Positions 12,370 through 23,715 of a DNA stretch of 63,927 nucleotides are shown one piece after another. How positions within the stretch are numbered: the stretch's first letter is position 1; the number at the start of each line of letters is the position of its first letter. This DNA is from Sphyrna mokarran (Eukaryota), in NCBI GenBank assembly GCA_024679065.1, contig JAGIQG010000043.1:992074-1056000 (forward strand), given 5' to 3'. Both the position numbers and the translations under genes were made by a program. The notes below the pieces were generated by a model. That model was not told the origin of the DNA. It made no database searches and saw nothing but the letters and a program-made list of their open reading frames with translations.

Positions 12370-13905
12370 TTTTGTAGGCATTACATAGTGTTATCCCATT
12401 GAGGCGCTGGTGAAGGGATTAATCCCAACATTAATGAACTACATTAACCTGAATGTGGAGAGCCTGGTAGGAAGGATTACTGACAAAATGGGTTCGGATA
12501 TGTGCAGTGAGTGTTCAGCTTCAGTGAGGGCCTGAACTACAGACATGCTGAGGTGGTAGAGGCAGCCGCAGAGAGTGTGGCTCGGCAGCAAAGAGGCTCA
12601 TTGCCTGTGACTGCATCTGTTTGCTGTGTCAGACCACCCTGACTCACAGCCCATTCGGTGCTGTGCAAAACGCACTGAGGGGAGGAGATCGCTAACCAAC
12701 ATTCCGACCACTTCAAAACCTGATGCTTGAGATGGAAAATAACATTCGAGCAGAAGCTGTTAGTTTACTTCTGCTTTAATAATTGTGGTGCTTTTTTTTG
12801 CACAGAACTGCCTGCTGTGGTCAAACGCTGGGACTAAGTGTTAGAATACAGATTGATGAGTGTGTCCAACCTGGGGTGTATTAGATTAAACAGAGAACAG
12901 GCTATTATACAACATGAGGGAAAAAAATCGCACGGAAAGAGTACCAACTCCCCTGTGCCCATGAAGTTTCTAAAACGGAAGAAATCCCATTTGCCTGCGT
13001 TTGGCCAATATTTCTATATTCGGACCACACTCTTGTGTGAAAATGTCTCTTCTTAAAACCCTTTTAATCGCTCCCCTCTCAAATTCAAGCTATGGTCTTT
13101 AGATTTAGATTCTCCTATCGTGGATAATCGACACCCGGAATAAAACGGCGCAGATACGGGGAGAACGTGTAGACGCCAGTGCAGGCAATGGCCCAAGCCG
13201 GGAGTCGAACCCGGATCTTGAAACTGTGAGACAGCAATGCCAACCATACTAATGCAGTAAATATAGGGTTAAGCCGGGAGGGGAATTGGAGATTGTCGTA
13301 ATACCATGCACCCACTGATCCTTCCACTAATTTCCAGAAAAAAAAATCTTCCTGAATTGTTACAGTGCGTTTGTGTAGATATTACACCGTGCGAACCCAG
13401 TGAACTGCTGGTCAAGTGCCTGGTTCCTTATATTAATGAGTGTCATTAATATGAATGAGAAGAGCTTGATGGGAAGGATTACTGATAAAATGAGTTCTGA
13501 ATTGAGCAGAGAGTGTTGGGCCTTACTGAGAAATGCTGCTTTTCGGCAGCAAAGAGGCGCATTTCCTGTGACCGCGGCTGATTGCTGAGAGTCTTAAAAT
13601 ATTCTTACCCCCAGCCTAATTGGGGCTCTGCAACATGAACTGAGATGCGGAGATGGTTGGCCAAAATTCTGATCATTTCATCACCTGATGTTTGAGATGG
13701 AAAAGACAAATGATGTTCTTGCCAGAAGCTGTCAATGCCTTTCCTGTTTTATTTACAGTTGAGGCGTTTCATGCATTAGTTGGTCAAACACTGAAACGAA
13801 GTGTTAAACTGCAGATTGATGAATGTTATCCTCCTAGGGTGGATTTGGAGTAAACAGAGAACAGGCTCGTGTATAATTAGAGAGAGAAATGCAACATGGG
13901 AACAG
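12370..13905 (+). repeat. Older internal direct repeat of ~550 nt (12370-12925 vs 13370-13905; also 47650-48215 vs 48620-49215)
   Basis: Shared blocks cattaa..tgaatg, ggaaggattactga.aaaatg, cggcagcaaagaggc, tgagatggaaaa, taaacagagaacaggct. Confidence 0.8.
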
Positions 13906-14511
13906 GTCCTTCGGCATCACTCGTCCTTGTTGACTAGGTTTCCTAACCTGAACTAATTCCGTTTTCCTGCGCTTGACCATATTCCTCTCGACCTTATCCA
14001 TTCATGTACTTGTACAAATGTTTTTTTTTAACGTGATATATCTGCAACTGACATCCCCTTTGAAAGATCATTCCATATGCGTAGAGCGCTCTGTATGAAG
14101 CAGTTTACCCCCACATCCCTTGAAACGTTCCCCACTCAACTTCGAGCTATGCTCCTTGGTTTTGCTTCCCGACTCCTTTTGATGAAGTTGCTTGGACAAC
14201 TCACTGGGAATATACAAAACCCAACTACAGGGGCAAGTATCAGTAAAGCCCACATGTTGACTTTTGTGCAGAAAACTTTATTTCAAATTTGGACTAACTG
14301 TCTTCATTTGCGCCCTTCTATTGTACAAAGAGGAAATTCCGACACTGGAATTAGCGCAGTTTTGCAGAAGGATAGCAGGGCGGAACTATCATTAGTAACA
14401 GGAAAGGAAAAACAAATACAGAACTAGGTCTCTTGTCCAAAAAGAGAAGGCTGAGGGTTAACAGAATAGATTTCCTGAAAATTGGACCAGTAGTACCCAT
14501 TCAGTAGCAGT

Positions 14512-14890
14512 TTCCGGCGATGGCCTCGTGGTATTACCGCTGGACTATTAATCCAGAAACACAGCTACTGCTCTGGAGACACGTTTAGAATTCTGTCATC
14601 ACATGGGTGCTGATTTAAAATTGAGTTCAATATAACAATCTAGAAAATCTGGAATTAAGGATATACTGAAGAGGATGAAAGCATTGTTCACTCTCAGAAA
14701 TGAACCAATCTGGTTCACTCATGTCTTTTCTGGATGGAAATCTGCCACCCTCAGCCGGCCTGGCCTACATGCGACTGTACAGCCACAATATTTTGGTTTT
14801 ACAGTCTCAATGGATCTGAAATGCCCCCCACGTGCAAAAAGTAAATGTTGGCCAGCCACCACGCCCATGTCCTACGAATGATTAAAAACT
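14512..14890 (+). mobile_element. tRNA-derived SINE, SacSINE1/DeuSINE-like (paralog 49822-50192)
   Basis: tRNA-like head tggcctcgtggtatt..ctggactattaatccaga and conserved core ggaaatctgcc...tggcctacatg. Confidence 0.65.
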
Positions 14891-14997
14891 TAGATATTTT
14901 AACTTAGAAACGTTCACCCGAATCTTCAGTCTGCATCTTTCCAATAGTACACTCTGCACTACAATGGAAAAAAAGTTAGTTATTGCAGTCTACTAAG

Positions 14998-15262
14998 TTG
15001 TGCAGTGGACAGCACTGCTGCCTCACAGCACCAGAGAAGCGTGTTCGATATTTGGTCTGGGTCACTGTCTAGGTAGAGTCTGCATGTCCTCTCCCTGTCT
15101 GCGTGGGTATCCTTGGTCGCTCTCACGAGCTAGTTGCTGCATTGGCGGTGCTAAAAATAGTCCTTCGTGTATCCGAACAGGTGTCGCAGTGTGGAGAATA
15201 GGGGATTTTCGCCGTAACTTCATTGCTGTATTAATGTAGGCCTAATTCTGCCGTTAATAAAA
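14998..15262 (+). mobile_element. HE1-type SINE (paralog 50297-50560)
   Basis: cagtggacagcactgctgcctcacagcacc head and an aataaa-containing tail. Confidence 0.8.
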
Positions 15263-15499
15263 TGAACGTTGTTTCAAGAAGATTCGATGTTTAGAGTCGG
15301 CTGCTCAGCTGTGGCGCACAAACTATGAAGATTGTCAAACGCATATTGCGTTCACCCCAACACTGCTCTATAATGGTGACATAATCTCCACAGCAGACGT
15401 CGTCATAGTTTCCATTGAATCTGTAAAGGCCCAACTGAGTGGGACGCAGACCACGTTATTGTGTCCACAGTGTCTGTAGAAGCGAGCCCGTGAGACACA

Positions 15500-15515
15500 A
15501 TACGAGGAAATTTCA
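15500..15515 (+). promoter_or_regulatory. Candidate ETS/PU.1-type site (GAGGAA) just upstream of the leader ATG
   Basis: tacGAGGAAatttc lies ~12-18 nt before the ATG and is identical in copy B; a motif this short may be chance. Confidence 0.2.
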
Positions 15516-15521
15516 ATCAAC

Positions 15522-15576
15522 ATGGCCGAAGAACCTCTATCTTTGATACTCATTTTCCAAATCCTGAGATTTCACT
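15522..15576 (+). CDS. VJ-C1 receptor copy A, exon 1 (signal peptide MAEEPLSLILIFQILRFH)
   Basis: ATG at 15522; 55 nt with a hydrophobic core; phase-1 consensus donor T|GTGAGT; splices in frame to the V exon. Confidence 0.8.
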
Positions 15577-15764
15577 GTGAGTAAGAGGCGGGTAGGAATT
15601 TTAAGCAGAATGAATGTTATAAATTTTATAAACCAGAATGAGTTTTTTTCTAAGCCAAAAGCACGTGCCAGAGTTCAGGTGAAGGCTTTTGAACTAATCA
15701 TATAAATTAATTTATAAAGCGAAAAAAATAAGTATAACAAACAAAGATTACAAAGAATAATGAG

Positions 15765-16050
15765 ATTGCACAGTGGATAGCACTGCTGCCTCAGAGCGCC
15801 AGAGAACTGGGTTCGATACCTGTTTGGGTCGCGGTCTGTGTGGAGTCTGCACGTCCTCTCCCCGTCTGCATGGGTTTCCTCCCATCGCTCAAGTTTGCTC
15901 CCACAGTCCAAAAGAGGTGCCAGTTGATGCATTGGCGGTGCTAAAAATTCTCCCTCAGTGTATCCGGACAGGCCTCGCTCTGTGGAAAACAGGGGGTTTT
16001 CGCCCTAACTTAATTGCAGTGTTAATGTCAGGCTACTTCTGACATCAATG
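15765..16050 (+). mobile_element. HE1-type SINE in intron 1 (paralog 51055-51340)
   Basis: gcacagtggatagcactgctgcctca head, box B gggttcgatacc. Confidence 0.82.
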
Positions 16051-16058
16051 AAGTACGT

Positions 16059-18495
16059 ATTTGCTAATATTGATTGGAATAGCTATAGCTCTAGCTCGTT
16101 AGAGGGGTCAGTTTTCGTACAGAGTGTGCAGGAAGGTTTTTTGACTCAGTATGTAGATAGGCCAACTAGAGGTGAGGCTACATTGGATTTGGTGCTGGGC
16201 AATGAGCAAGACCAGGTGTTAGGCTTGGAAGTTAGTGAACATTTTGGTGATTGTGACCACAATTCGGTTACGTTCACCTTAGTGATGGATAGGGATAGGC
16301 ATGAAGCTGGGGGCAGTAGTTATAGCTGGGGGAAGGGTAATTATGAGCCATCAGGAGAGAATTAGGGTGCATAGATTGGACTAGGAAACTACAGGGACTG
16401 GGAACATCTGGAATGTGGTGCTTATTCAAGGGGCAGCTGCTGCGAGTCCTTGATAAGTATGTCCCTGTCAGGCAGGGAGGAAATGGACGAGTAAGAGAGC
16501 CTTGGTGTACGAAAAGAGTTGATTTGCTGGTTAAAAGGGAAAAGGAGGCTTATGTCAGGATGAGGCTTGAAGGCTCAGGTAGTGCAATGGATAGCTATAG
16601 ATTAGCTAGGAAGGAGGTTAAAAAGTGAATTGAGGAGAGCTAAGAGGGGACACGAGAAGATGTTGGCTGATAGGATTAAGGAGAATCCTAAAGCTTTCTT
16701 TCGATATGTTAAGAATAGAAGATTGGTTAGGGCAAGATTAGGGCCAGTCATAGACAGCAGTGGGAAGTTGTGCGTGGAGCCTGAAGAGATTGGTGAGGCA
16801 CTGAATAAATATTTCTCGTCGGTATTCACGCAGAGTGCTGGAAATGTAGCTGTGGAGAGCACTGAGGTACAGGGTTGCAAATTGGGGAGTATTGTAGTAG
16901 ATAGGAGGATGTGTTAGAAATTCTCGAGGGTTTGAAGTTGGATAAGTCCCCTGGGCCGGACGGGATTTACCCTAGGATTCTCTTGGAGGCAAGAGAGGAG
17001 ATTGCAGAGCCTCTGGCTCTGATCTTCAGGTCCTCGTTGGTTACGGGTGTGGTTCCGGAGGACTGGAGGATGGCGAATGTGGTCCCATTGTTTAAGAAGG
17101 GGAAGAGAGTCCTTCCTGGGAATTATAGGCCAGTGAGTCTTACTTCTGTGGTGGGCAAGGTATTGGAGAGAATTATTAGGGATAGGATTTATAGTTATTT
17201 AGAGAGAAATGAATTGATTGGGGATAGTCAGCATGGTTTCGTGAAGGGTAGGTCATGCCTTACTAACTTCATTAGTTTTTTGAGAAAGTGACCAGAGAGG
17301 TGGATGGGGGTAAGGCGGTTGATGTAGTATATATGGACTTTAGTAAGGCTTTTGATAAGGTGCCCATGGAAGACTTCTACAGAAAATGCAGATGTGTGGA
17401 ATAGAGGGTGATTTAGCTAATTGGATTAGGAATTGGCTGGCAGATAGAAGACAGAGGGTGGTGGTTGATGGGAGATATTCATCGTGGAGTTCGGTGACAA
17501 GTGGTGTGCCTCAGGGGTCTGTTTTGGGGCCCCTGCTGTTGTAATTTTTATAAATGATCTGGATGAGGGTATTGAGGGATGGATCAGTAAATTTGCAGAT
17601 GATACTAAAGTTGGTGGTGTGGTAGATAGTGAAGAGGGGTGTTTTAGTTACAGAGTGACTTGGACAAGTTGCAGAGCTGGGCCGAGAGGTGGCAAATGGA
17701 GTTTAATGTGGAAAAGTGTGAGGTAATGCACTTTGGCAGGAACAATAAATGTGTAGAGTGTAGGGCTAATGGTAGGGCTCTTAATAGTGTTGAGGAACAG
17801 AAGGATCTTGGTGTATGTGTCAATAGATCCCTGAAAGTAGGCAGTCAAGTGGATAAAGTTGTTAAGAAGGCTTATGGAGTCCTAGCTTTTATTGGTAGGG
17901 GGATTGAATTTAGGAGCCGCAGCATCATGTTGCAGCTGTACAAAACTCTAGTGCGGCCGCACTTGGAGTATTGTGTGCAGTTATGGTCGCCACATTATAA
18001 GAAAGATGTGGAGGCATTGGAGAGGGTACAGAGGAGGTTTACTAGGATGTTGCCTGGTATGGAGGCAGGTCCTATGAAGAGAGGTTGAAGGATTTGAGGT
18101 TGTTTTCGTTAGAAAGGAGGCGGCTAAGGGGGATCTTATTGAAGCATATAAGATGATTAGAGGTTTAGATAGGGTGGACAGTGATAGCCTTTTTCCTAGG
18201 ATGGAGAAAGCTAGCACGATGGGACACAGCTTTAAATTAAGGGGTGATAGTTATAGGACGGATATCAGAGGTAGGTTCTTTACCCAAAGGGTGGTTCGGG
18301 AGTGGAATGCCCTGCCTGCAGTGGTTGTAGATGCGCCAAGTTTGGTGGCGTTTAAGAGGTTAGTTTATAAGTATATGGAAGAGAAGGGAATGGTTTAGTT
18401 TGGAGGGGCATTGCTTTTTATTTTGGTCGGCACAACATCGAAGGCCGAAGGGCCTGTTCTGTGCTGTATTGTTCTATGTTCTATGTTCTATGTTC
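16059..18495 (+). mobile_element. Young CR1 LINE in intron 1 of copy A only
   Basis: Frameshifted ORF2, (TTCTATG)n tail, TACGT duplication at 16054-16058 and 18496-18500; empty site in copy B at ~51343. Confidence 0.95.
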
Positions 18496-18581
18496 TACGT
18501 TTTAAATCGAGGCGATTTGATTTTTAGAGTCTGCTTCAGGTATTTCAATAATCAGTGCTTCTCTCACAATAAACTCTCTAG

Positions 18582-18911
18582 TTACAGAATCCGAGTCCTC
18601 TCTGTCTCAGATCCCCTTCACAGTGACAGCTGCAGTGGGCCAAACGGCGGAGTTATTCTTCCATGACACTCAAGAAGTGAATTTGGTATCCGACTATGCT
18701 TGGTACAAACAGAGGCTGGGTGAAGCCCCGATACTAATAAACACCACAACCTGTACTAGGCCCAACTGTAAGTTTATTTCTGAAAAAGGCAATCCAGGGA
18801 ATGTGTTGATTCTGAAAATTCGCAATGTCCAGATCACTGACTCTGGTTCGTACTACTGTATATATACTCGGTCTGCACTGTTCGGGGATGGAACCATACT
18901 CCTGGTTGGAG
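18582..18911 (+). CDS. VJ-C1 receptor copy A, exon 2: Ig V-set domain with germline J-like segment
   Basis: Acceptor ctctctag, donor G|GTAAGG, 330 nt, phase 1-1; motifs VGQTAEL, WYKQRLGEAP, LKIRNVQITDSGSYYC, FGDGTILLV. Confidence 0.93.
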
Positions 18912-19002
18912 GTAAGGGATCAAGTGAAATCCATTCAGAGTATGCACACCATTATCTTTTTTGTGTAAATTAATCGTTAACTATGTCCCAATTTCTGTCC
19001 AG

Positions 19003-19332
19003 ACAGTTCCACCAACAAGACGGCTGTGCAAGTATTTGTCCCGCTGGCTGAGCTGGATGTGCATGATGCCGTGCCCTTAGTGTGTTTGGTCAATGGAGTT
19101 TCTTCCAATCAGGTGGCTATTTTCTGGAATATTTCTGGCCTGGTCACTGAGGGATCGAGTGATCCCGGGACAATGGAGGAGGATGGGGCCTACAGCATCA
19201 GAAGTCGTGTCATGGTGTCGGGGAAGGTCTGGAGAAGTGGCGGTGTCTGTACTTGCATTGTTCAACCGGGGATTTCAGGCAAATATTGGACGGAGAGTGT
19301 GTTCTTCCCCAAAGCAACAGAAACTGGGACAG
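19003..19332 (+). CDS. VJ-C1 receptor copy A, exon 3: Ig C1-set domain
   Basis: 91-nt intron after the V exon; acceptor ttctgtccag, donor G|GTGAGT, 330 nt, phase 1-1; C1 motifs PLVCLVNG, VAIFW, DGAYSIRS, WRSGGVCTCIV. Confidence 0.92.
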
Positions 19333-19459
19333 GTGAGTTGTTAATCTCCACAATGATGCCTTGAATTCAACTCGGATTCACTTGTGGTAATGTTCCAAAT
19401 ATTGAGAATGTGACACCTGTTACGTACACAGGAGTAATCTCCCGTTGTGCCTGCATTAT

Positions 19460-19730
19460 TTATTAGTGTCACAAGTGTGCTTACATTAACATTGCAATGA
19501 ATTTGCTGTGTAAATCCCCATTCCAGCGCCTCTTGGAGTGCACTGAAGAAGAATTTAGAATGCCCAATTCCGCCAACCAGCATGGCTTCCGAGAGTTGGA
19601 GGAACGCCTCCAAATTGGAACGCCTGCAAGAAGCGAACACCGATCTAGGAGAACGTGCCGATCCTGCTCCAAGCCAATATTCAAACCATACTCTGGCACT
19701 GTGAGACAGCGGTGGTAACCACTGTGCAGC
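19460..19730 (-). mobile_element. HE1-type SINE (paralog ~52307-52577)
   Basis: Reverse complement of the SINE head and tail seen at 15765-16050. Confidence 0.75.
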
Positions 19731-20324
19731 CCGGAATCTGGTCACTTCTCCCCTTCAAGGCAGAGTGTTTTTGCCTGCTGCAAGTTTTTACTGAATCTGC
19801 TTCCTGCGCCCTATCCAGACATTGGATTTTCAAATTCAGTTCAAGTCAGTCCGACGCTGGATGCTCTTTGCAATCAAGAAACAAACACGAGTTGACATTA
19901 CTTTCTAAATGTGCCTTTTTTGACTGAGGTACTAGTTCAATTTTCCACAATCTCACTCCAGAATCTGTGGTGTCCGTTTGGCACCTGTTTCATTATACAT
20001 TCCTAATACTGGAATCCAATCGCCTTAAGATCTAGGTCAAAAGCAACACAAAAATTGCGTTTTAGACAATTTTATACTTTTTGATATTGGATTAAGAGCA
20101 CGTCTGAATGGCCAATGGAAGCGTATGTAACAATACATATCGCAACTGGAATTGTATTTGGACTCTGTAGTGGGAAATGTGCAAAGCTTTGAGGGAAAAT
20201 TAGATAGTGTGACAGTATTTCAATAGCTGTTTGAAAGATGCGGTGCAGTCTATGTGCAGTGGGTTGACCCATAATGACATTAGGGATCGAGTTCTACGAT
20301 TTTGATCCAACAACTGCTACAGAA

Positions 20325-20770
20325 TGCCGATATGTTTCCAAGTCGTGATATTGAGTAGTTTGGAAAAGGAAATGCAGCTGGTGATGATTCCATGTAACCG
20401 CTGCCATTGTCCTTCTGGATGAAACGGTTCTAGGTTTGAAAGATGCTGCCTCGGATCATTGGTGAATTGCTGAGTGAGTGCACACGCTGCTGCTTCTGAG
20501 CATCGGCTGATGGAAGGAGTGAATGTGTTGCCAATCAAGCAGGCTGATTTGCCCTTGATGATGTCAAGCTTCTTTCGCGTTGTTGGAGTTGCACCCAACC
20601 AGGCAAGTGAAGGGTAATCCATCACACTTCTGATTGTGCTTTATAGATGGTGAACAGGTTTTGGGGAGTCAGGAGGTGAGTTATTCTCCACAGGATTCCC
20701 AATCTCTGACTTGCTTTTTGTAGCCAGTCTGTTTAAATGGGGATTCCCGTTGAGTTTTGATCAATGCTAA
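20325..20770 (-). mobile_element. Ancient non-LTR retrotransposon 3' fragment (paralog ~53172-53617)
   Basis: MDYPSLAWLGATPTTRKKLDIIKGKSACLIG resembles a decayed LINE ORF2 C-terminus. Confidence 0.6.
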
Positions 20771-20921
20771 CCTGATAGAAAATGTTAATTGTCATTCAGT
20801 TATAGATATAACAGAATGTCGAGAGGTACTGCTTAGAGTATCTGCGTTTAGCTTCCCGTCCTAGCCACGCAGAAAGATTTCTTTGACCCAGCAGCAATTT
20901 GTAACAGATTTCTCTCCATAG

Positions 20922-21023
20922 GATGGTGCAATCTGGCACAATCCGTTGCCATTATTATCCTGGTGATTCCGATTATCCTTCTTGTTCTTCTTTGCTTTTG
21001 TATTTGGAAGAGAGGCAGAACAG
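20922..21023 (+). CDS. VJ-C1 receptor copy A, exon 4: transmembrane (GWCNLAQSVAIIILVIPIILLVLLCFCIWKRGRT)
   Basis: Acceptor tttctctccatag, donor G|GTGAGG, 102 nt, phase 1-1; hydrophobic stretch followed by basic stop-transfer KRGR. Confidence 0.9.
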
Positions 21024-21120
21024 GTGAGGAATAATATCCAGTATGGATATCATTACTATTGTTCATCCTATCTGATTCCCCTGGAAGTTTTAAATTGCTA
21101 ATCACAGTGTCTTGTTTCAG

Positions 21121-21151
21121 GAGAACGAGGGGAGGTAGCCGCTAATGAAAG
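21121..21151 (+). CDS. VJ-C1 receptor copy A, exon 5: cytoplasmic (GERGEVAANE)
   Basis: Acceptor tcttgtttcag, donor AG|GTGAGT, 31 nt, phase 1-2, open frame. Confidence 0.75.
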
Positions 21152-21352
21152 GTGAGTAACTGGGCCATTTTCAAAGTTCTCCTCTCTGTATGTAATATGA
21201 TTTTCAACATAATTCAAAACCACTACTTATTCCAATGGCGCATGTTGAATTTTCCCATATTTTACCAATGAGTGATTTTTTTTCTCAAATATTTCTTGGC
21301 CAGGATTTGCAGGGTATAATTCCTGTTTAATTCTGTTTATTTTCTTATCCAG

Positions 21353-21405
21353 TTTCAGCTTGGCAGAAAGAATGAGGAGAGGGCAGCGGAAAGAGAGGCA
21401 AATGG
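21353..21405 (+). CDS. VJ-C1 receptor copy A, exon 6: cytoplasmic (SFSLAERMRRGQRKERQM)
   Basis: Long pyrimidine tract ending ttatccag, donor G|GTATGT, phase 2-1 compatible with both neighbours; an in-frame alternative acceptor lies 6 nt downstream. Confidence 0.7.
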
Positions 21406-21614
21406 GTATGTTGCATCCAAACGTTTTCAAAGATTCAACATCATTGAACAGATCAATCATGGAGTCTTTGCAGGGCAGGAGGCCAGTCGGCTTATTGAAC
21501 CTGCATTGAGACCAATCCCATCCAGGCTCTATCCCTGTCGCCCCACACATTAACAGAGTTAATACTCCTGACGGACCCTATTCATTTCCTGTTGGATATA
21601 CATGTCGATTATGC

Positions 21615-22110
21615 TGCAATTTTCCCTAATTTTACCAGACAGGTCTTTCTCATATCCATATCCAGAGTTGCCTAGTGCTTCACATCTTTACTGTTTGCTT
21701 AAACTGATCCAACTGACGTGCAACACGACAGCTCATTGACTATCACTGTTTGCTGTGCAGACACATGGACCTGGGTCGGATCTCCGACTTGGGACGGTGT
21801 CTGTGACAGTTTGCACATTCTCCCCGTCCTTGCGTGGGTTTTCTCCGGCTGCTCCGGTTTCCTCCCGTACCCCAAAAACGTGCTTTTAGGCTGATTGGTG
21901 TTAACAAATTGTCCCTAAATTAGACCTCCCTTAATCTGACACACACATTCTCTAAATTTGCACCCCTTTATTGTAGAGTCCATGTGGCGTAGACAAAAGT
22001 CAGAGGTGGAAGAAGGATTGGAATGAGCCACTCACTGAATGTTAAAATGGCGGCGCGGGCTTGTTTGGCCGAAAGGCCTGTTTCCTGAGCTGTGTTACTC
22101 TTTGTTCGTT
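21615..22110 (+). mobile_element. SINE-like 3' end related to the long-UTR CR1 family
   Basis: caacacgacagctca..gactatc..ctgtgcaga.acatgga head, HE1 core and CR1 3' stem-loop. Confidence 0.7.
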
Positions 22111-22159
22111 GTATTCCTGACTGCTTTCCTAAATTGACACCTTCCACTTTGTTATGTAG

Positions 22160-22209
22160 ATGACCATCGCCAAACACATCGACAGAGAACACAGGAATGT
22201 CTAGTTCAG
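22160..22209 (+). CDS. VJ-C1 receptor copy A, exon 7: cytoplasmic (DDHRQTHRQRTQECLVQ)
   Basis: Acceptor actttgttatgtag, donor CAG|GTAAGA, 50 nt, phase 1-0. Confidence 0.7.
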
Positions 22210-22614
22210 GTAAGAGTTTTGCAAATATTTTAATACCATTTAGGAAATTGGATTTTGGGATAAGTTGCAGGATGTCCCACCCGGGATAGTACATGCGGCG
22301 ATCAGCGAGCAGCTCACTGTCTGAAACATCTAATTGTGAACCAAAATACATTCGTCCACATTTCGGAATCAGAGCATATATCTCTGCGCCTGTTCCAAAA
22401 TATTGTACAGCGAGTGAGTTAATGTTCCGTTTACAATATATCAGGTAGACGTTTCTGCAGATTTCCGGCAGTTTTCATTGCTGATTGCAAGATGTCTTAC
22501 TTCTCTTCACTTTCTGTTTTTTTTTACATGGTGGATCTAATTCCCCCTTAATCAGTTCCAGGTTTCCTCCCATCTGTGCACAGTTGGAAGTGTATTAATT
22601 GCTGGGATTATCTT

Positions 22615-23395
22615 TACAGTGCAATAATGGTTAGCAATGCTGTCTCACAATGTCAGGGACTTGGGTTCAATCTTTGGATTGTGTCAATGTCTCTGTGGAG
22701 TTTTCACGTTTTCCCTGTGCCTGCACGGGGTTCCTCCGAGTGCTCCAGTTTCTTCTCACTGTCCAAAGATGTTCGGATTAGGTGGGTTGGCTATGCTGAA
22801 TTGCCCTTAATGTCAGGCGGACTAGCGAGAGTAAATGCATGGGATTATAGAACATTGAACATTACAGCGCAGTACATGGCTTTCGGCCCCCGATGTTGCG
22901 CCGACTAATGGAACCAGTTTTTGAGCCTCAATCTTAAACTATTCCAAAGCTATCCATATGACTATCCACTGACCATTTGAACGCCCTTAAACTTGACGAG
23001 TCCACAACTGCTGCAGGCAGGGCATTCCACGCCCTTACTACCCTTTGAATATGAACCCACCTCTAGCATCTGTACGATAACTACCTCCCCTTAGTTTAAA
23101 GCTATGTCGCCTCGTGTTATCCATCCCCATCCGAGGAAGAGGGTTCTCACTATCCACCCTATGTAACCCTCTGATCATCTTATATGTCTCAATTAAGTCA
23201 CATCTTTGCCTTCTCTCTAATGAAAATAACTACAAGTCCCTTAGCCTTTCCTCATAAGATCTATCCTCCATATCAGGCAAAATCCGGGTCATCCTCCTCT
23301 GCATCCTTTCCAATGCCTATGGGGATAGGGCCTGGGTGTGATTGTGGTGCAAACTGGATGGACCGAATGACCTCATGCTGTACCGCAGGATTCTA
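22615..23395. mobile_element. HE1 SINE (+) with a nested CR1 3' fragment (-, ~22848-23316); present in both copies (54885-55670)
   Basis: The SINE resumes after the insert; the same structure in both paralogs dates it before the duplication or homogenisation. Confidence 0.82.
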
Positions 23396-23399
23396 AATA

Positions 23400-23715
23400 C
23401 GTGTTGTTTTGAGCTGGTGTGTTTGAGAAATTCTTTGCATCTCTCTGTGTCTGTGATGTTGAGAGTTTGTGTGTGTGTGAGGTTGTGACATTCTCTTTCT
23501 GTGTAACTTTTGTAACTTTCTCGGTGAGAGATTGTGTCTGTGTCGAGCGGGACAGATGAATGTGTGTGTTCGTGAGGGGGAGACTCAGAGAGAGAAATAG
23601 AGGCTACGTGTTTGAGGGAGTCGGTGAATGAGTGAAAACTTCCGTACTGTGTGTGCGTGTGTGTTTCTGGGTGCATCTGTGTCCTATGTGTAAGTGTGTC
23701 TGAGTCTGTGTGTCC
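23400..23715. repeat. Degenerate GT-rich simple repeat (paralog 55675-55985)
   Basis: Interrupted (GT)n/(GA)n runs. Confidence 0.7.

Noticed and set aside
15466-15505. CACAGTG upstream of the leader with an ACAAT-like sequence about 24 nt later
   Set aside because: Poor nonamer, wrong spacing and no adjacent coding segment
18588-18623. V exon starting at 18588, or at the ORF-track start 18623
   Set aside because: The 18588 acceptor creates TAA with the leader; 18623 is an internal GTG. The acceptor giving an 18582 start is in frame
18619-18660. CACAGTG heptamer inside the V exon as an RSS
   Set aside because: It lies at the V N-terminus rather than after the YYC, and no nonamer follows at 12 or 23 nt
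18582-21023. Calling the gene a TCR chain, Ig light chain or IgNAR
   Set aside because: No RSS or separate J segments, no charged TM residues, a long multi-exon Tyr-bearing tail and a single C1 domain
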